From an uncultured Alphaproteobacteria bacterium (GTDB lineage: Bacteria > Pseudomonadota > Alphaproteobacteria > Rhizobiales > Beijerinckiaceae): a DNA stretch of 64,000 nucleotides. The stretch covers positions 169,417 to 233,416 of the forward strand of contig CAVQNJ010000025.1 of NCBI GenBank assembly GCA_963713845.1, given 5' to 3'. The translations under genes were made by a program, and so were the position numbers. The notes under the pieces are model-generated. The model did no database searches. It was given only the letters and a program-made list of their open reading frames with translations, and had not been told where the DNA came from. Positions 37,597 through 48,637 of the stretch are shown here, piece by piece (the first letter of the stretch is position 1; every line of letters begins with the position of its first letter).

Positions 37597-39020
37597 ATCC
37601 AACGCCCGACGAGACCATAGACCATCAGCAGTAGAACGACGACGATTGCGATAATGATCAGGAAGAACAGCCGACGCGGATTGAGCGCCACAGCGATCCC
37701 GAGCGAGGCGATGAAACAGAATTTGCTGAACACATAGCCGCCCGGCGCCGCGCCCGAGCCTCGCGTCATCCATTCATCGGCCAGAAAATACAGCGCGCAG
37801 CCAACGAATATCGGGGGAAGAAGCATCGCGCGTCGCAACGTCGGCGCGAAGGAGACCACATAGGCGTCGAGCGGAATGCCGAAGGCCAAAGTGTAATAAG
37901 CGGCGACGGCGACGCCGCAGGCCACGACAGGCTTTAGTTGCGCCAGCGAAACCGTCGCCGATGGAGCGCGCATGCGCCACAGACCTGCCGCGGTCAGCAA
38001 GCCGTAAAGCCCCAGATGCGCGGTGAGGTAATCGCCGAGCAGAATGGGCATGAAGTCCGTCGGAACTTTCCATAGCAGAAGAGGCGTCAGCAGCGCCGGG
38101 GCAATGGCTCGCGGCGTGAGCCGGCGCCAGGAAAGCCCGGCGCCGAGCGGCGTCGACGCCAACACCGGAAGCAAGCCCGACAAGGGGCGCGCCAGTCCGA
38201 TCAAGCCGGCGACAATCAGCGCGAGCCATTTGCCCCGACGATCGACAAATCCGGCTTCGCTTCGACCGAAGACCGCATTCAGCCAGGCGACGGACTCGGT
38301 GAGCGCATCTTGGCTGTAGAGAACGCCGATATGCTCGACTCCCCGCGCGAGCGCCAGTCGTCGGCCCCCACCCGTCGCGACATCCCCGTAAGTGACGCCT
38401 GGTTGTGCCGAAACGCCCGCAGCTTCCGAGACGACGCGCGCGCCGACATTGATGAGCCGTTGTGATTCCCATGCCCCGTCAACGATCAGCAGATTTTTGG
38501 GACTGTCGGTCGTGACGTCCTGGGCAAAGAACGAGAGCGCAATAACCGCCTCGATCCCCGGGTCGCGCCTCGCCTCGCGCACGATGAGATCGGTCGCCAT
38601 CGAATGACCCGCAACCGCGACGCGACCATCAACGCCGGGCAGCGTGCGCGCATAGACGACGACCTTGTCGATATCCGCGAGCAAAACCGCCGTACTTTTC
38701 GCAAGATCATTGACGCCGCCTGACATGGCGCGCGGATTGCGGCCATGGCCAGAAAAGTCGAATGTCACGGCCACATAGCCATTCTGCGCCAAGGTTGTCG
38801 CCATTGGCGCCATTAATTGCTGCGAGCCGGAAAAGCCATGGGCGATCACAACGGCCGGCGCCGGCGCATGATTTGACTTTTGTAAAATGGTGACAGGAAT
38901 ATCGCCCACTGTCGCGACGGTCGTCACGAGATTTTGCATTTGAGCGCGGACTTGAAACACGCCAAGACCGATGACGAGCGACGCCAGCGCCAGAAAAAAT
39001 TTTTCGCGCGAATTTTTCAC
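37503..39020 (-). CDS. Alpha/beta hydrolase with C-terminal multi-TM domain
   Basis: AHGFSGS, FDFSGHG, GHSMA nucleophile, VEHIGVL; hydrophobic C-terminal half. Confidence 0.8.
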   Translation of the reverse strand: MKNSREKFFLALASLVIGLGVFQVRAQMQNLVTTVATVGDIPVTILQKSNHAPAPAVVIAHGFSGSQQLMAPMATTLAQNGYVAVTFDFSGHGRNPRAMSGGVNDLAKSTAVLLADIDKVVVYARTLPGVDGRVAVAGHSMATDLIVREARRDPGIEAVIALSFFAQDVTTDSPKNLLIVDGAWESQRLINVGARVVSEAAGVSAQPGVTYGDVATGGGRRLALARGVEHIGVLYSQDALTESVAWLNAVFGRSEAGFVDRRGKWLALIVAGLIGLARPLSGLLPVLASTPLGAGLSWRRLTPRAIAPALLTPLLLWKVPTDFMPILLGDYLTAHLGLYGLLTAAGLWRMRAPSATVSLAQLKPVVACGVAVAAYYTLAFGIPLDAYVVSFAPTLRRAMLLPPIFVGCALYFLADEWMTRGSGAAPGGYVFSKFCFIASLGIAVALNPRRLFFLIIIAIVVVLLLMVYGLVGRWIYARTRDPRPGALGAAFGLAWAIAVCFPIVD

Positions 39021-39071
39021 GGCGGAGCCTTCATAGTGAACGGATTCTTTTGGCGTATTATGAACGGCAAC

Positions 39072-39089
39072 TGTCCGCGCAGCATGACA
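39072..39089. promoter_or_regulatory. PpsR box between the hydrolase and aerR
   Basis: TGTCCGCGCAGCATGACA, perfect TGT-N12-ACA. Confidence 0.65.
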
Positions 39090-39368
39090 CAGCTTGCGCT
39101 AGGCGCTCAAGCGTCGTCAATTTAGCTTTACTATTCGCCCTTTGTGGGGTTCACTTTGGCCTTGGGAGTGAAACATTTCGCAAAGCCCACAGCCATAGCG
39201 ACGAATTTCAGGCGAAAACGCCAAGGCCTACTGCGCGCTTCGACTGGCAAGGAGTGGCAAGTCGAAACATGCTGATTGGCAAAGTCGGATGGAGAGGCCG
39301 GCGAACAAGCGGCGTCATGCGTCAACGGCAGGCGATTCCTGCCGTCGAGCACGCGCCGGGAGGCGCGA

Positions 39369-40349
39369 ATGAGCAGCCGTGGCGAATCCGAAGTCAGCGT
39401 GCATTTTGACCCCTCGTCCTGCAGCAAGCAGCTTGCGAAACTTTTCGCAACCCGCCCGGGCGCCAATGAAGCGCGCCTCGCCTCCGTCATCTTCAATGAT
39501 ATCATTCCCCGTCTGCACATGCTGCACCACGACATGTCGGCAAAAGACGCAGAGCGTGCGTTCTCGCGCGAGGAAATCTCACAGTTCGGCGAGATTCTGA
39601 TTACCGACGATAGCGCGGCCGCGGATCAGTTCCTCCAAAAAATGCGGGCGAGCGGGCACTCGGAGGAGACCTTGTTCCTTGGTCTTATGGCCGAGACCGC
39701 GCGTCATCTCGGCGCGCTCTGGGAGGACGACCGCTGCAGCTTCGTGGACGTGACGCTCGCAGTTGGTCGGCTGCAAAAGATTCTGTGCGTGTTCAACGGT
39801 CATTGCGAACCGGCGGTCGCCGACTCCCACCATCGCGTCGTGTTATGCGCCCTCGCGGGAGAAAGGCATATCTTTGGCGTCGACATGGTCGCGTGCTTCA
39901 TGCGGCACGCCTGCTGGGACGTCGAGGTGCAAAAGGACGTCGAGGCGCGCGATGTCGCCGACGCCGTCGCGCGCGGCTGGTTTGCAATTCTGGGCTTCAC
40001 GCTGAGCGCCGAGTCGGGTCTCGAGGCGCTTTGCCGCGCTATTCAGTCGGGGCGCGCGGCTTCGGTCAATCCCGCGATCGGCGTTCTGGTCGGAGGCCCT
40101 TTGTTTCGCGCGCAGCCCAATCTCGTGGCTCAGGTGGGGGCCGACGCGATGGCGAATGACGCCGCGAGCGCAAGCCTGCTCGCCAAGAAGCTATTGTTGC
40201 TCCAGCAGTCAAAGCGTGCGCCGCAAAACGGTTATGGCGCAGCGCGAGACGGCGCTCAGCCTTCTACACGGTTCTCAGGCTCCGGAAAGCCTGGCGGATC
40301 CGGGGCCGGCTCGGAGGCCCAGTCCTCCATCCAGCCCTCAAATTCTTGA
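39369..40349 (+). CDS. aerR: Cobalamin-binding photoreceptor/antirepressor AerR (PpaA)
   Basis: ARHLGALWEDDRCSFVDVT..RLQ, GERHIFG (ExHxxG) and VLVGG motifs; GGGAGG RBS before ATG 39369. Confidence 0.85.
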   Translation: MSSRGESEVSVHFDPSSCSKQLAKLFATRPGANEARLASVIFNDIIPRLHMLHHDMSAKDAERAFSREEISQFGEILITDDSAAADQFLQKMRASGHSEETLFLGLMAETARHLGALWEDDRCSFVDVTLAVGRLQKILCVFNGHCEPAVADSHHRVVLCALAGERHIFGVDMVACFMRHACWDVEVQKDVEARDVADAVARGWFAILGFTLSAESGLEALCRAIQSGRAASVNPAIGVLVGGPLFRAQPNLVAQVGADAMANDAASASLLAKKLLLLQQSKRAPQNGYGAARDGAQPSTRFSGSGKPGGSGAGSEAQSSIQPSNS

Positions 40350-40900
40350 AAAATCGCAACGGCGGCGTCGACCGCATTACTTTCCTGACGAGAATCACCC
40401 TGAAGCGCCTCAATTCGCCTGAGAAGGACCGGCCAGAAGCCGAGCCTGCGGCCGCCGTCATTTGAAAAAAATCGGCAGCCCGCGCCGTCGTAAGGTTCAA
40501 GCAAAGGCGCTAGGGCGCGCGCGATTCCTACGCCGCCCAGCGCCGACCCTTCAACGACATAAAGCGCGCCGAGAGCTTGCGCTTCGTTCATCAAAGACGG
40601 CAGCGTCGAACATAAAGGCAAAGCTTCCTGCCCCTCGCGTGTGACGCCGAGCGCAGCGAGATCGATTTCAAGCAGTCGCGAGCGTGGCGACGGGTCTGCT
40701 TCGCACGCCAGATGCGCGTGTGCGCCCATGCCGGCGTCAAAGGCCCGATGAAAACCATAGAGGCGCATCAATAGCGCGCGATAATGCTTGATGTCGATCT
40801 CGCCGGTCGCCGCCGCACAGAGGCCGCGGTGGCGATGGAGCCGTTGATGCGCAGCCGACGTGGCGACCCGCAATCGTTCTCTCATAATTCCGACAGTCAC
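40256..40900 (-). CDS. bphO: Biliverdin-producing heme oxygenase (BphO/HmuO type)
   Basis: LR..T...HQRL and GALYVVEGSALGG motifs; coupled to the bphP stop. Confidence 0.88.
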   Translation of the reverse strand: MTVGIMRERLRVATSAAHQRLHRHRGLCAAATGEIDIKHYRALLMRLYGFHRAFDAGMGAHAHLACEADPSPRSRLLEIDLAALGVTREGQEALPLCSTLPSLMNEAQALGALYVVEGSALGGVGIARALAPLLEPYDGAGCRFFSNDGGRRLGFWPVLLRRIEALQGDSRQESNAVDAAVAIFQEFEGWMEDWASEPAPDPPGFPEPENRVEG

Positions 40901-43090
40901 GGCGCGCCTCGCCGCGTCGAGTCACGCTCGCGTTCGACCTGATCTACGGCGCGCGAAATCTGCTCAAGAACTTCTGCGGCGCGCGCGACAGAGGCGCGCA
41001 CGCTCTCCAATGTTTCGGGGATGCCCGAGGTGTCGAGGCCATCGGCGATCTCGAGCGCCGCGAGCTGAGCGTTGTCGATGATCCGCAACATCAACCCTTC
41101 GACCGACAATACCGAGCTGGACTCGATGCGCCCCATCAGACGGCGCTGGCTCAGCATAACGCTGTGACGGAAGCCCTCGCGCGCGGCATCGGCCGCCTTA
41201 CGCTCCGTCAGATCGGTGAACAGGACCACATAGCCGAGCACGCGGTCACGCGACGCGAGTACGGGGTCGGCCCGTACGGCGACCGGCTGGGTTGCCCCTT
41301 GCGCCGTCTTAAGCAGGGCTTCTCCGCGCCAGGGAGCGCCGGCATCGCGAAGGGCGGCCAGCCTTTGCGCGACAGCCTCCGAGTTGTCGAAATAGCCGGG
41401 CAAGTCGTCGAGATGTTTGATCTGTCCGGGAGCGCCAAAGAGGTCGTTCAGCGCGCGATTGGCTTCGAGCACATGTCCGTCCGGACTGGCAACGATAATT
41501 TGCTGATCGGCGGAATGGACTTGTCTCAATACATGTTCGAGCTGGTCCTGCGCGATCAGGATCCGTAGCGCGCGAAACTGCATCACGACATCCGCGACGC
41601 TCTCGCCGATGAGTCGCGCCGCGGCGCGATCGGCAGCAGACCAGGGCTCCGATGTCCCTTCCACAACCTGATGCCATTGTGCGAATGATCGGCGCGGCGA
41701 AAGTTCGCTTGGATCGTCGCCGTCCGAGGGCGGCTTGAATGGATTTCCGCCCCAGGTGACAGTGCGGACCCGCTCCTTACGAAACCAGATCAGCATCTCG
41801 TCGTGCTCGTTGGAGATCCGTGTCGCGATAACGCCGCTTGCCACGCCGGTCAGCGGCGCGAGGTCGGGCGATTCGGCCGCGAGCGCCGAGGTTGCAAAGA
41901 CGCCCCCGGCAATTCGTGGCGCAAGCCAACGTCCGAGTTCGCAAATCTGTTCAGTGCCAGGCACCTCGCCGATCGTCCGAGTCTTGCCTTCGAAGATCAG
42001 CGCCGCTCCTGTCGCATTTAGCGGCAGGAGGAGCGAGTGGGAACTGTCGAAGAGCGCGCCGCGCCAGTCTCCCTCTCGGCAAACACTCTGAATCATGCGC
42101 TGTTCGAGCCGCCGTACGGCAAGTTCGGCCTGTCCCTGCGCGAAACTTTCAAGCGCGGCGATCCGCGTCCCGATCACCTCGGCGAGCAATTCGCAAACAG
42201 CCCGCATCTCGAAATGAAGAAATCGCGGTGCGTAGTGATGACAGGAGATCAATCCCCAAAGCTTGCCGCCGACCATCAAGCGAAACGACCAGCGTGCCCG
42301 CGACGCCCATGTTTTTTAGATATTGAATGTGGATCGGCGACGCGCTGCGCAGGAAGCACAGCGACATGTCGAGTTCCTCTCCCGTCGCCGGCGACCGGCG
42401 CGGCTCCAGCGGCGCGGGCGTGTAGTCGATGTTGACAAGGAGGCGCACCCGATTGCGCTCATAAAGGCGGCGCGCGATCTGCGGGTATGTCGGACGCGGG
42501 ATAACGGTTGCCGAGGAACGCCTCGAGTTCCGGGCGTTTGGTTTCCGCGAACACCTCGCCATGCCCCTCATCGTCGAAACGATAAATCATGACGCGGTCA
42601 TAGCCGGTAAGGTCTCGAAACATGGCGGCGCAGGCGTCGCAAAGCCCGCGCAGACTCGACGAAGTGAGGATCGTATCAACGCTACGCTCGATCACCGGCG
42701 TGTAATCGACGATCGGACCGGCGTACTCCAGCTCGATGACGAGTTCGCCGCTCGGCGCCTTGTGCAGCAGCGCGTTCAGTGACTCCTCTCGCGCGCCGGC
42801 AAAACAGCGCTGGGCGAAGGGAATCGCGTTAATTGATTGCGAGATGCGGGCTCGATCCGCGCCCAGAGATCACCGCCGAGCTTGCGTGGGTGAAGGCCGA
42901 TCAGGGGGCCGGACATCCCAAGAAAAGACGACGCATTGGCGCTTTCCTGCATGATGACATAGTCCGCCTCGCGCAGCGCCAGCAGCGCGCCGTGAGGCTG
43001 TATCGAGCCCGCCAGGTGGATTTGCTCGCGTTCGCAATTCGAGAGATTGGCCGTCCCGAAGGCTGGCGAAGCGGAAGGGTCGAGCGTCAC
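40897..43090 (-). CDS. bphP: Bacteriophytochrome, BphP1-type (PAS-GAF-PHY-PAS-helical output, no kinase); several frameshifts 42270-42850
   Basis: NCEREQIHLAGSIQPHG, GYDRVMIYRF, YPASDIP, SPIHIQYL, LWGLISCHH, WGG, PRRSFAQW; C-terminus lacks an H-box/HATPase. Confidence 0.92.
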
Positions 43091-43110
43091 GGCGTTAGCT
43101 ACCCTTTTGG

Positions 43111-44445
43111 TCAGGCGTTCAGTGCGCCTATTTTCTTTCGAATTCGATACTTTTTCAATTTAGCGTGGAGGCTTTGGCGGCTGAGGCCAAGCTGGCGCGC
43201 GGCGGCCGTGCGGTTGCCGTTGCTCATATCGAGCGCGCGCGAAATCGCCTTGCGTTCTATGACTTCCGTCGAGATGCCCACGATAGCATCAAGCGTGCGG
43301 TTGTCGAAATCCTCCATCGGGAGACGTTGGTCCGCCGATTCTGGCGCGCACGATCTTGACATGTAACTGACGTCACGAATGAGGAGCCCAAAATAGCTGG
43401 GCTGCTCGGCGTCGTCGCCAACGGCCGTGATTTCGACAGGCGTCGACTGGCCGAGTTCGCCGTCGATCCGCGTCTGGAAGCGGCGCAGGTCGCCGTGCTT
43501 GCGGATCAGCGACATCACCACAGTTGGCGTCGGCGCCTGGCTCCGACAGCCATCGTGCTAATTTTCGTCCCGTCGCCGCGGTCTCGGCGCCGACCTGAAC
43601 AAGGTCGAGAAACGCGCCGTTGGCGGCCCGCACCACGCTTTCACGATCGATGACGACAAAGCCCTCCGGCAAGCGCTCGATAAATGATGCGGCCGAAATG
43701 CTCTTTTGGCCGCCGCTGGACGTCCAATTCGCGCATCGGCGTGAGCTGGCAGATAAACACCGGCCCGGCTTCAGCGTTCATCAGTGACGCGCGCAGACTC
43801 CACAAGCCCGGCTGAAGGGGTCGGCTGAATCACGATTCCAGGCGCGCGACCCTGCTCGCGCGTCTGTTCGAGAAGTTCGTCAAGCGCGCGCCGGTCGCGC
43901 TCGGAAAGTTGCGGCAGGAATGGCGCGCCCGGCGACAGATAGAGATTGCTGGCCGCGCGAAAATTGGCCTCGATAACGCTCAGATCGGAGACATTGACAA
44001 GCGCGACAGCTTCGTCGTCGCGTCGAACAAGCGTGCGATAGCGCGTTTCGATCTCGCGCATCTTCCAGTAGTCGCGTTCGCGCGCCTGCTGGGCCATGTC
44101 GCAGTCGTGCGCGCAATTCGCTGATCGCTTCGAGATTGCGTCCGATGGCGATGAAACCCGGACTTGCCGAGGCTGAAGGTCGTATATTCCATCGGGAGTT
44201 CGAGGCCGCTGGGAAATCGCTGACGCACCTCGAAGCACGACGGGTCGCCGCGCAGCCGCACACCTTCGATTTTCTTCAAAGCGACGCTGTCGATTGCCGG
44301 GATCGATCGTTTCGCCCCAGCGTCTGCCGCGCCATTGATCGAGCGGCTCGCGCGCCAGCGACGTCGGCGGTCACGATTTCTGGATCACGCCGTCTTCGTC
44401 AAGCGTCAGCGTCAGGTCGGGACGCGTTTTCCGCTTGTCGGTCAT
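43111..44445 (-). CDS. ppsR2: Second PpsR (PpsR2-type), multiply frameshifted
   Basis: PDLTLTLD..GVI, QQARERDYWKMREIETRYR Q-helix, PEGFVVID; HTH IERKAISRAL...NRTAAARQLGLSRQSLH. Confidence 0.88.
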
Positions 44446-44660
44446 CGCCACACTCCACGCATCAAGGCCTCGCGCGCGCCCGGGCGGCGATCTTTTGCCT
44501 GCGTGCAGTTGACGATGCGTCTCATGGATGCGGACCGCCTCTTCTCGGAGTGACCCGTGACACAATGAGGGTTGCGCAGTGAAATTGCTACGCTCCCGTG
44601 CCGCTTACGGCAGAAAATTGCGGGGCGACGTCGGTTTAACTTGCACTCCTTGTCAAACGG

Positions 44661-44678
44661 TGTAAACTAATAATTACA
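44661..44678. promoter_or_regulatory. PpsR box between divergent ppsR2 and bchI
   Basis: TGTAAACTAATAATTACA, perfect TGT-N12-ACA. Confidence 0.85.
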
Positions 44679-44724
44679 CATTGAGCGTAAGGCGCGCCTG
44701 TCGCGCCATGCCGAGGGAACCGCA

Positions 44725-45841
44725 ATGGCGCCGCTTCAGGTCAAGCTCCCTCGGGAAACGAGCCGCGCCGCAGCAGGCCGCTCAGGCGACGTCGAGCGCC
44801 GTGCTCGACCGCGCAGCAATTTGACGCGTCGGCGCCATTCCCGTTCTCGGCCATCGTCGGTCAGGACGACATGAAGCTCGCTTTCCTGATCGCAGCGATT
44901 GATCCGTCGATTGGCGGAGTGCTCGTGTTTGGCGATCGCGGCACGGGAAAGTCGACGGCGGTGCGCGCGCTGGCGCGCCTGCTCCCCAAGATGCGCGCCG
45001 TCAGCGGCTGCGCCTACAATTGCGATCCCGCCGCGACGGCGACACTGTGCGACGCTTGCAGAAAGGGCGCGTTGAAAGCGACGTTGCGGCCGGTTCCGGT
45101 CATCGATCTGCCGCTCGGCGCGACGGAGGATCGCGTCGTCGGCGCGCTTGATCTGGAGCGCGCGCTGACGCGCGGCGAAAAAGCGTTCGAGCCGGGGCTG
45201 CTCGCCAAGGCCAACCGCGGCTTTCTCTATATCGACGAAGTCAATCTGCTCGAGGATCATCTCGTCGATCTGCTGCTCGACGTCGCGGCTTCCGGCGAAA
45301 ATGTCGTCGAGCGCGAAGGCTTGAGCGTGCGCCATCCCGCGCGCTTCGTTCTCATCGGCAGCGGCAATCCGGAAGAGGGCGAATTGCGTCCGCAATTGCT
45401 CGACCGCTTCGGACTGGCCGTCGATGTGAAGACGCCCATCGACATCGCCGACGCGGGTCGAAGTCGTGCGTCGGCGCGACGCATTCGATCGCGATCCGAC
45501 GCGCTTCCACCGCGCTTGGGCTGGCGAGGAACAGAAGTTGCGCCGCCGCATCGCTTCGGCGCGCGAACGCGTCGATGACATTGAGACGCCGGACGCCGTG
45601 CTCGAGAAAGCGGCGCGGCTATGCGTCGCGCTCGGCGCCGACGGCCTGCGCGGCGAACTCACTTTGCTGCGCGCCGCGCGCGCGCTCGCGGCTTTCGAGG
45701 GCGAGATGACGGTCGGCGACGCCGAATTGCGGCGGGTTGCGTCCTTCGCGCTCGGCCATCGCCTGCGGCGCAATCCGCTGGACGATGTCGGCTCGGCGCG
45801 TTCGCGTCGAGCGGGCGATCGAGGAGACATTCGGCGCATGA
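44725..45841 (+). CDS. bchI: Magnesium chelatase subunit I (frameshifted)
   Basis: [45 protein letters not shown] and HRLRRNPLD motifs. Confidence 0.93.
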
Positions 45842-47626
45842 ACACGGCGGCGCATCCGCGCAACCGGATGACGCCTGCGCGCAGGCGAGCTTCGCCGCCG
45901 CGCTCTTCGCCATAGATCCGCCTGCAGTCCGGCGTCTCGCTTCGCGCCGCGCCGGGGCCAGCGCGCGACGCCTGGCTTGCTCTGCTGCGCGATTATCTCC
46001 CGGCGGCCGCGCCAATGCGCCGCGCGCCGCTCGCGATTGCAGACGATCGTTTGCTCGGCGGCCTTGATCTCGCCGCGACGTTGCGCGCCGGTCGCCCGGT
46101 CGCCGAAGTCGGGCCTCATCGCGCAAACGCATGGCGGCGTGCTGGTGCTCGCCATGGCCGAGCGGCTGAGCGGCGCAACGGCGGCGCGCATCGGCGCGGC
46201 GCTCGACGCGGGCAGCGATCGACCTGGCGCGCGATGGACTTGCCGCGCAAGCAGGAGGCGCTTATCGGCGTCGTCGCGCTCGATGAAGGTTATGACGTCG
46301 ACGAACGTCCGCCGGCCGCGCTGCTCGATCGTCTCGCCATTCATCTCGAACTCGCCGGTCCTGCGTCCCTGCGACATCGGCGCCGCCGAGCGTCGCGCTG
46401 GATGAAATTGCGCGCGGCGCGCGCGCGACTCGTGGATGTCGTGACGCCGCATGAAGCCATCGCTGCGCTGGTCGCCGTCGCGGCGCATCTCGGCGTCGAT
46501 TCCTTGCGCGCGCCGCTTCTCGCGCGGCGCGTCGCGCGTGTCGCCTGCGCGCTGCGCGGCGCGCGCGTCGTTGAGGAAATTGATCTTGAAGTTGCGGCGC
46601 GTTATGTCCTCGCGCCACGCGCGACCTGCCTGCCGGCGCCCGACGAGCGAGGCGCCCGAAGAAACGCAAGAAGAGCAGGAGGCGAGACCCCGACGAGCCG
46701 CAAAATGATAATCAGTGGCGCGATCAGCAGGCGCTGGACGATGTCGTCATTGCTGCTGCCCGCGCCGCGCTGCCGGCGGATCTATTGGCGCGTCTCGAGG
46801 CGCGGACAAGTCCCGCGCGTCATCGACGCGTGTCATGGTCATTCCGGCGCGGCGCTCGTTTCGGCGCGCCGTGGCCGCCCTCTGAACGTTCGGCGTGGCG
46901 CGCTGCGCGACGGCCGACTCAGCCTGATCGAAACGTTACGGGCCGCGGCGCCGTGGCAGAAACTGCGACGCATCGAGGCGCCGGAAACGCCAGCGCTTGC
47001 GGTTCATGTGCGCGCCGATGACTTCCGCATCACGCGCTTTCGTGAGCGCCGCGGGACGACGGCGATTTTCGTCGTCGACGCATCCGGCTCCTCCGCCATG
47101 CAGCGACTCGCGGAGGTCAAGGGCGCGATCGAACTGATGCTGGCCGATTGCTATGTGCGCCGCGACAGCGTGGCGCTCGTCGCTTTTCGCGGCAAGGAGG
47201 CCGACATCGTGTTGCCGCCGACGCGCTCGCTGGCGCGCGCGAAGCGGCTTCTCGCGGCGATGCCCGGCGGCGGCGGCACGCCGATTGCGCAAGGCCTCGA
47301 CGCGGCGGCGGCGCTCGCCGAAAGCGTCAGGCGCAAAGGGCAGACGCCGCTCATCGTGTTGCTGACCGACGGCAAGGCGAATATCGATCGCGCCGGCGCG
47401 CCGGGCCGCGCGCGCGCCTTCGACGACGCGCTGCTGGCCGCGCGGCGGTTGCGCGGCGCAGGCTATCGCCATGCTCGCCATCAACTCCGCCAGTCGTTGC
47501 GAGCGGCGAGGCTGCGCCGACCCGCAAGATCGCCGAGGCAATGCAGGCCCGTTATTTGCGTCTGCCCATTCGTTGAGGCCGCGCGTCTCTCGCAGGCGGT
47601 GCGCGCCGCTCGCGACCGGCTCGTGA
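45838..47626 (+). CDS. bchD: Magnesium chelatase subunit D (frameshifted)
   Basis: DDRLLGGLDLAATL, acidic linker, TLRAAAPWQ; VWA domain VVDASGS, GGGTP, LTDGKAN. Confidence 0.9.
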
Positions 47627-48524
47627 ACGCGCACGCGTTGTTCGCGCCGACGTCATCGGCTCACGCTCGAAAGGGACGGCGCCGACTGGCCGAACCGCGC
47701 GTCAAGCCGGATGGTCGAGGCCGGCGGCGTCGCCTGGCATGTGCAGATCATGGGCGATGGGCCCGACGATGCTGCTGCTGCATGGAACAGGCGCGTCGAC
47801 GCATTCCTGGCGCGATCTCGCGCCGCTCCTTGCGGCGCGTCTATCGCATCATCGCGCCCGATCTGCCGGGTCATGGCTTTTCGTCTGCGCCCGGCGCGCG
47901 GACGCAATCGCTTCCCGGCATGGCGCACGCCGTCGCCGCCCTGCTCGACGCGCTCGGCGCTGTCGCCTGCGATTGTCGTCGGCCATTCGGCGGGCGCCGC
48001 CGTTCTCGGCGCGGCTCGCACTTGACAGAGCGATCGCGCCCAAATGCATCATCGCGCTCAATGGCGCGCTCACGCCTTTCGAAGGCGTCGCTGGCCGTCT
48101 TCTGCCGACGCTCGCAAAAGCCCTGTTCCTCAATCCTGTCGCGCCGCGCTATTTCGCCTGGTCCGCCAATCGCGGCGCCGTGGCGCGGCTCCTTGACGGC
48201 ACGGGCTCGACAATCGACGCCAGAGGCGTCGCGCTTTATGCGCGACTGATGCGCAATCCGCGCCCATATCGACGGCGCGCTTGGCATGATGGCGCATTGG
48301 GATCTACATGCCCTCAATCGCGACCTACCGCGATTGCGCACGCCGATCGATTTTGTCGTCGCCGAGAACGACAGGACCGTTCCGCCTCAAGGCGCGCGCA
48401 AACTCGTTTCACGGCTTCCCGCTGCGCGTCGTTCATTCTGTTCCTGGGCTAGGGCATCTTGCCCATGAAGAGGCGCCCGTGCGTTTTGCGCGAACTCATC
48501 TCTGACATTTTCGAAAGCGCGTAG
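47623..48524 (+). CDS. bchO: Alpha/beta hydrolase BchO (frameshifted)
   Basis: [33 protein letters not shown] and GHLAHEE; follows bchD. Confidence 0.85.
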
Positions 48525-48573
48525 CGCCTGAGACGATCCGTCGCTGCGGGCGAGATCAAAGGGGGTTGCAAAG

Positions 48574-48591
48574 TGTCACTTTTACTTTACA
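48574..48591. promoter_or_regulatory. PpsR box upstream of bchE
   Basis: TGTCACTTTTACTTTACA, perfect TGT-N12-ACA. Confidence 0.85.
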
Positions 48592-48637
48592 CTCTTGCAT
48601 GTTTACACGGAGGCCCCGACCTCTGAAAGGGACGGCC

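Noticed and set aside
46015-48249. 744-aa ORF suggesting a BchD-BchO fusion
   Set aside because: Mosaic of in-frame and out-of-frame segments caused by multiple indels
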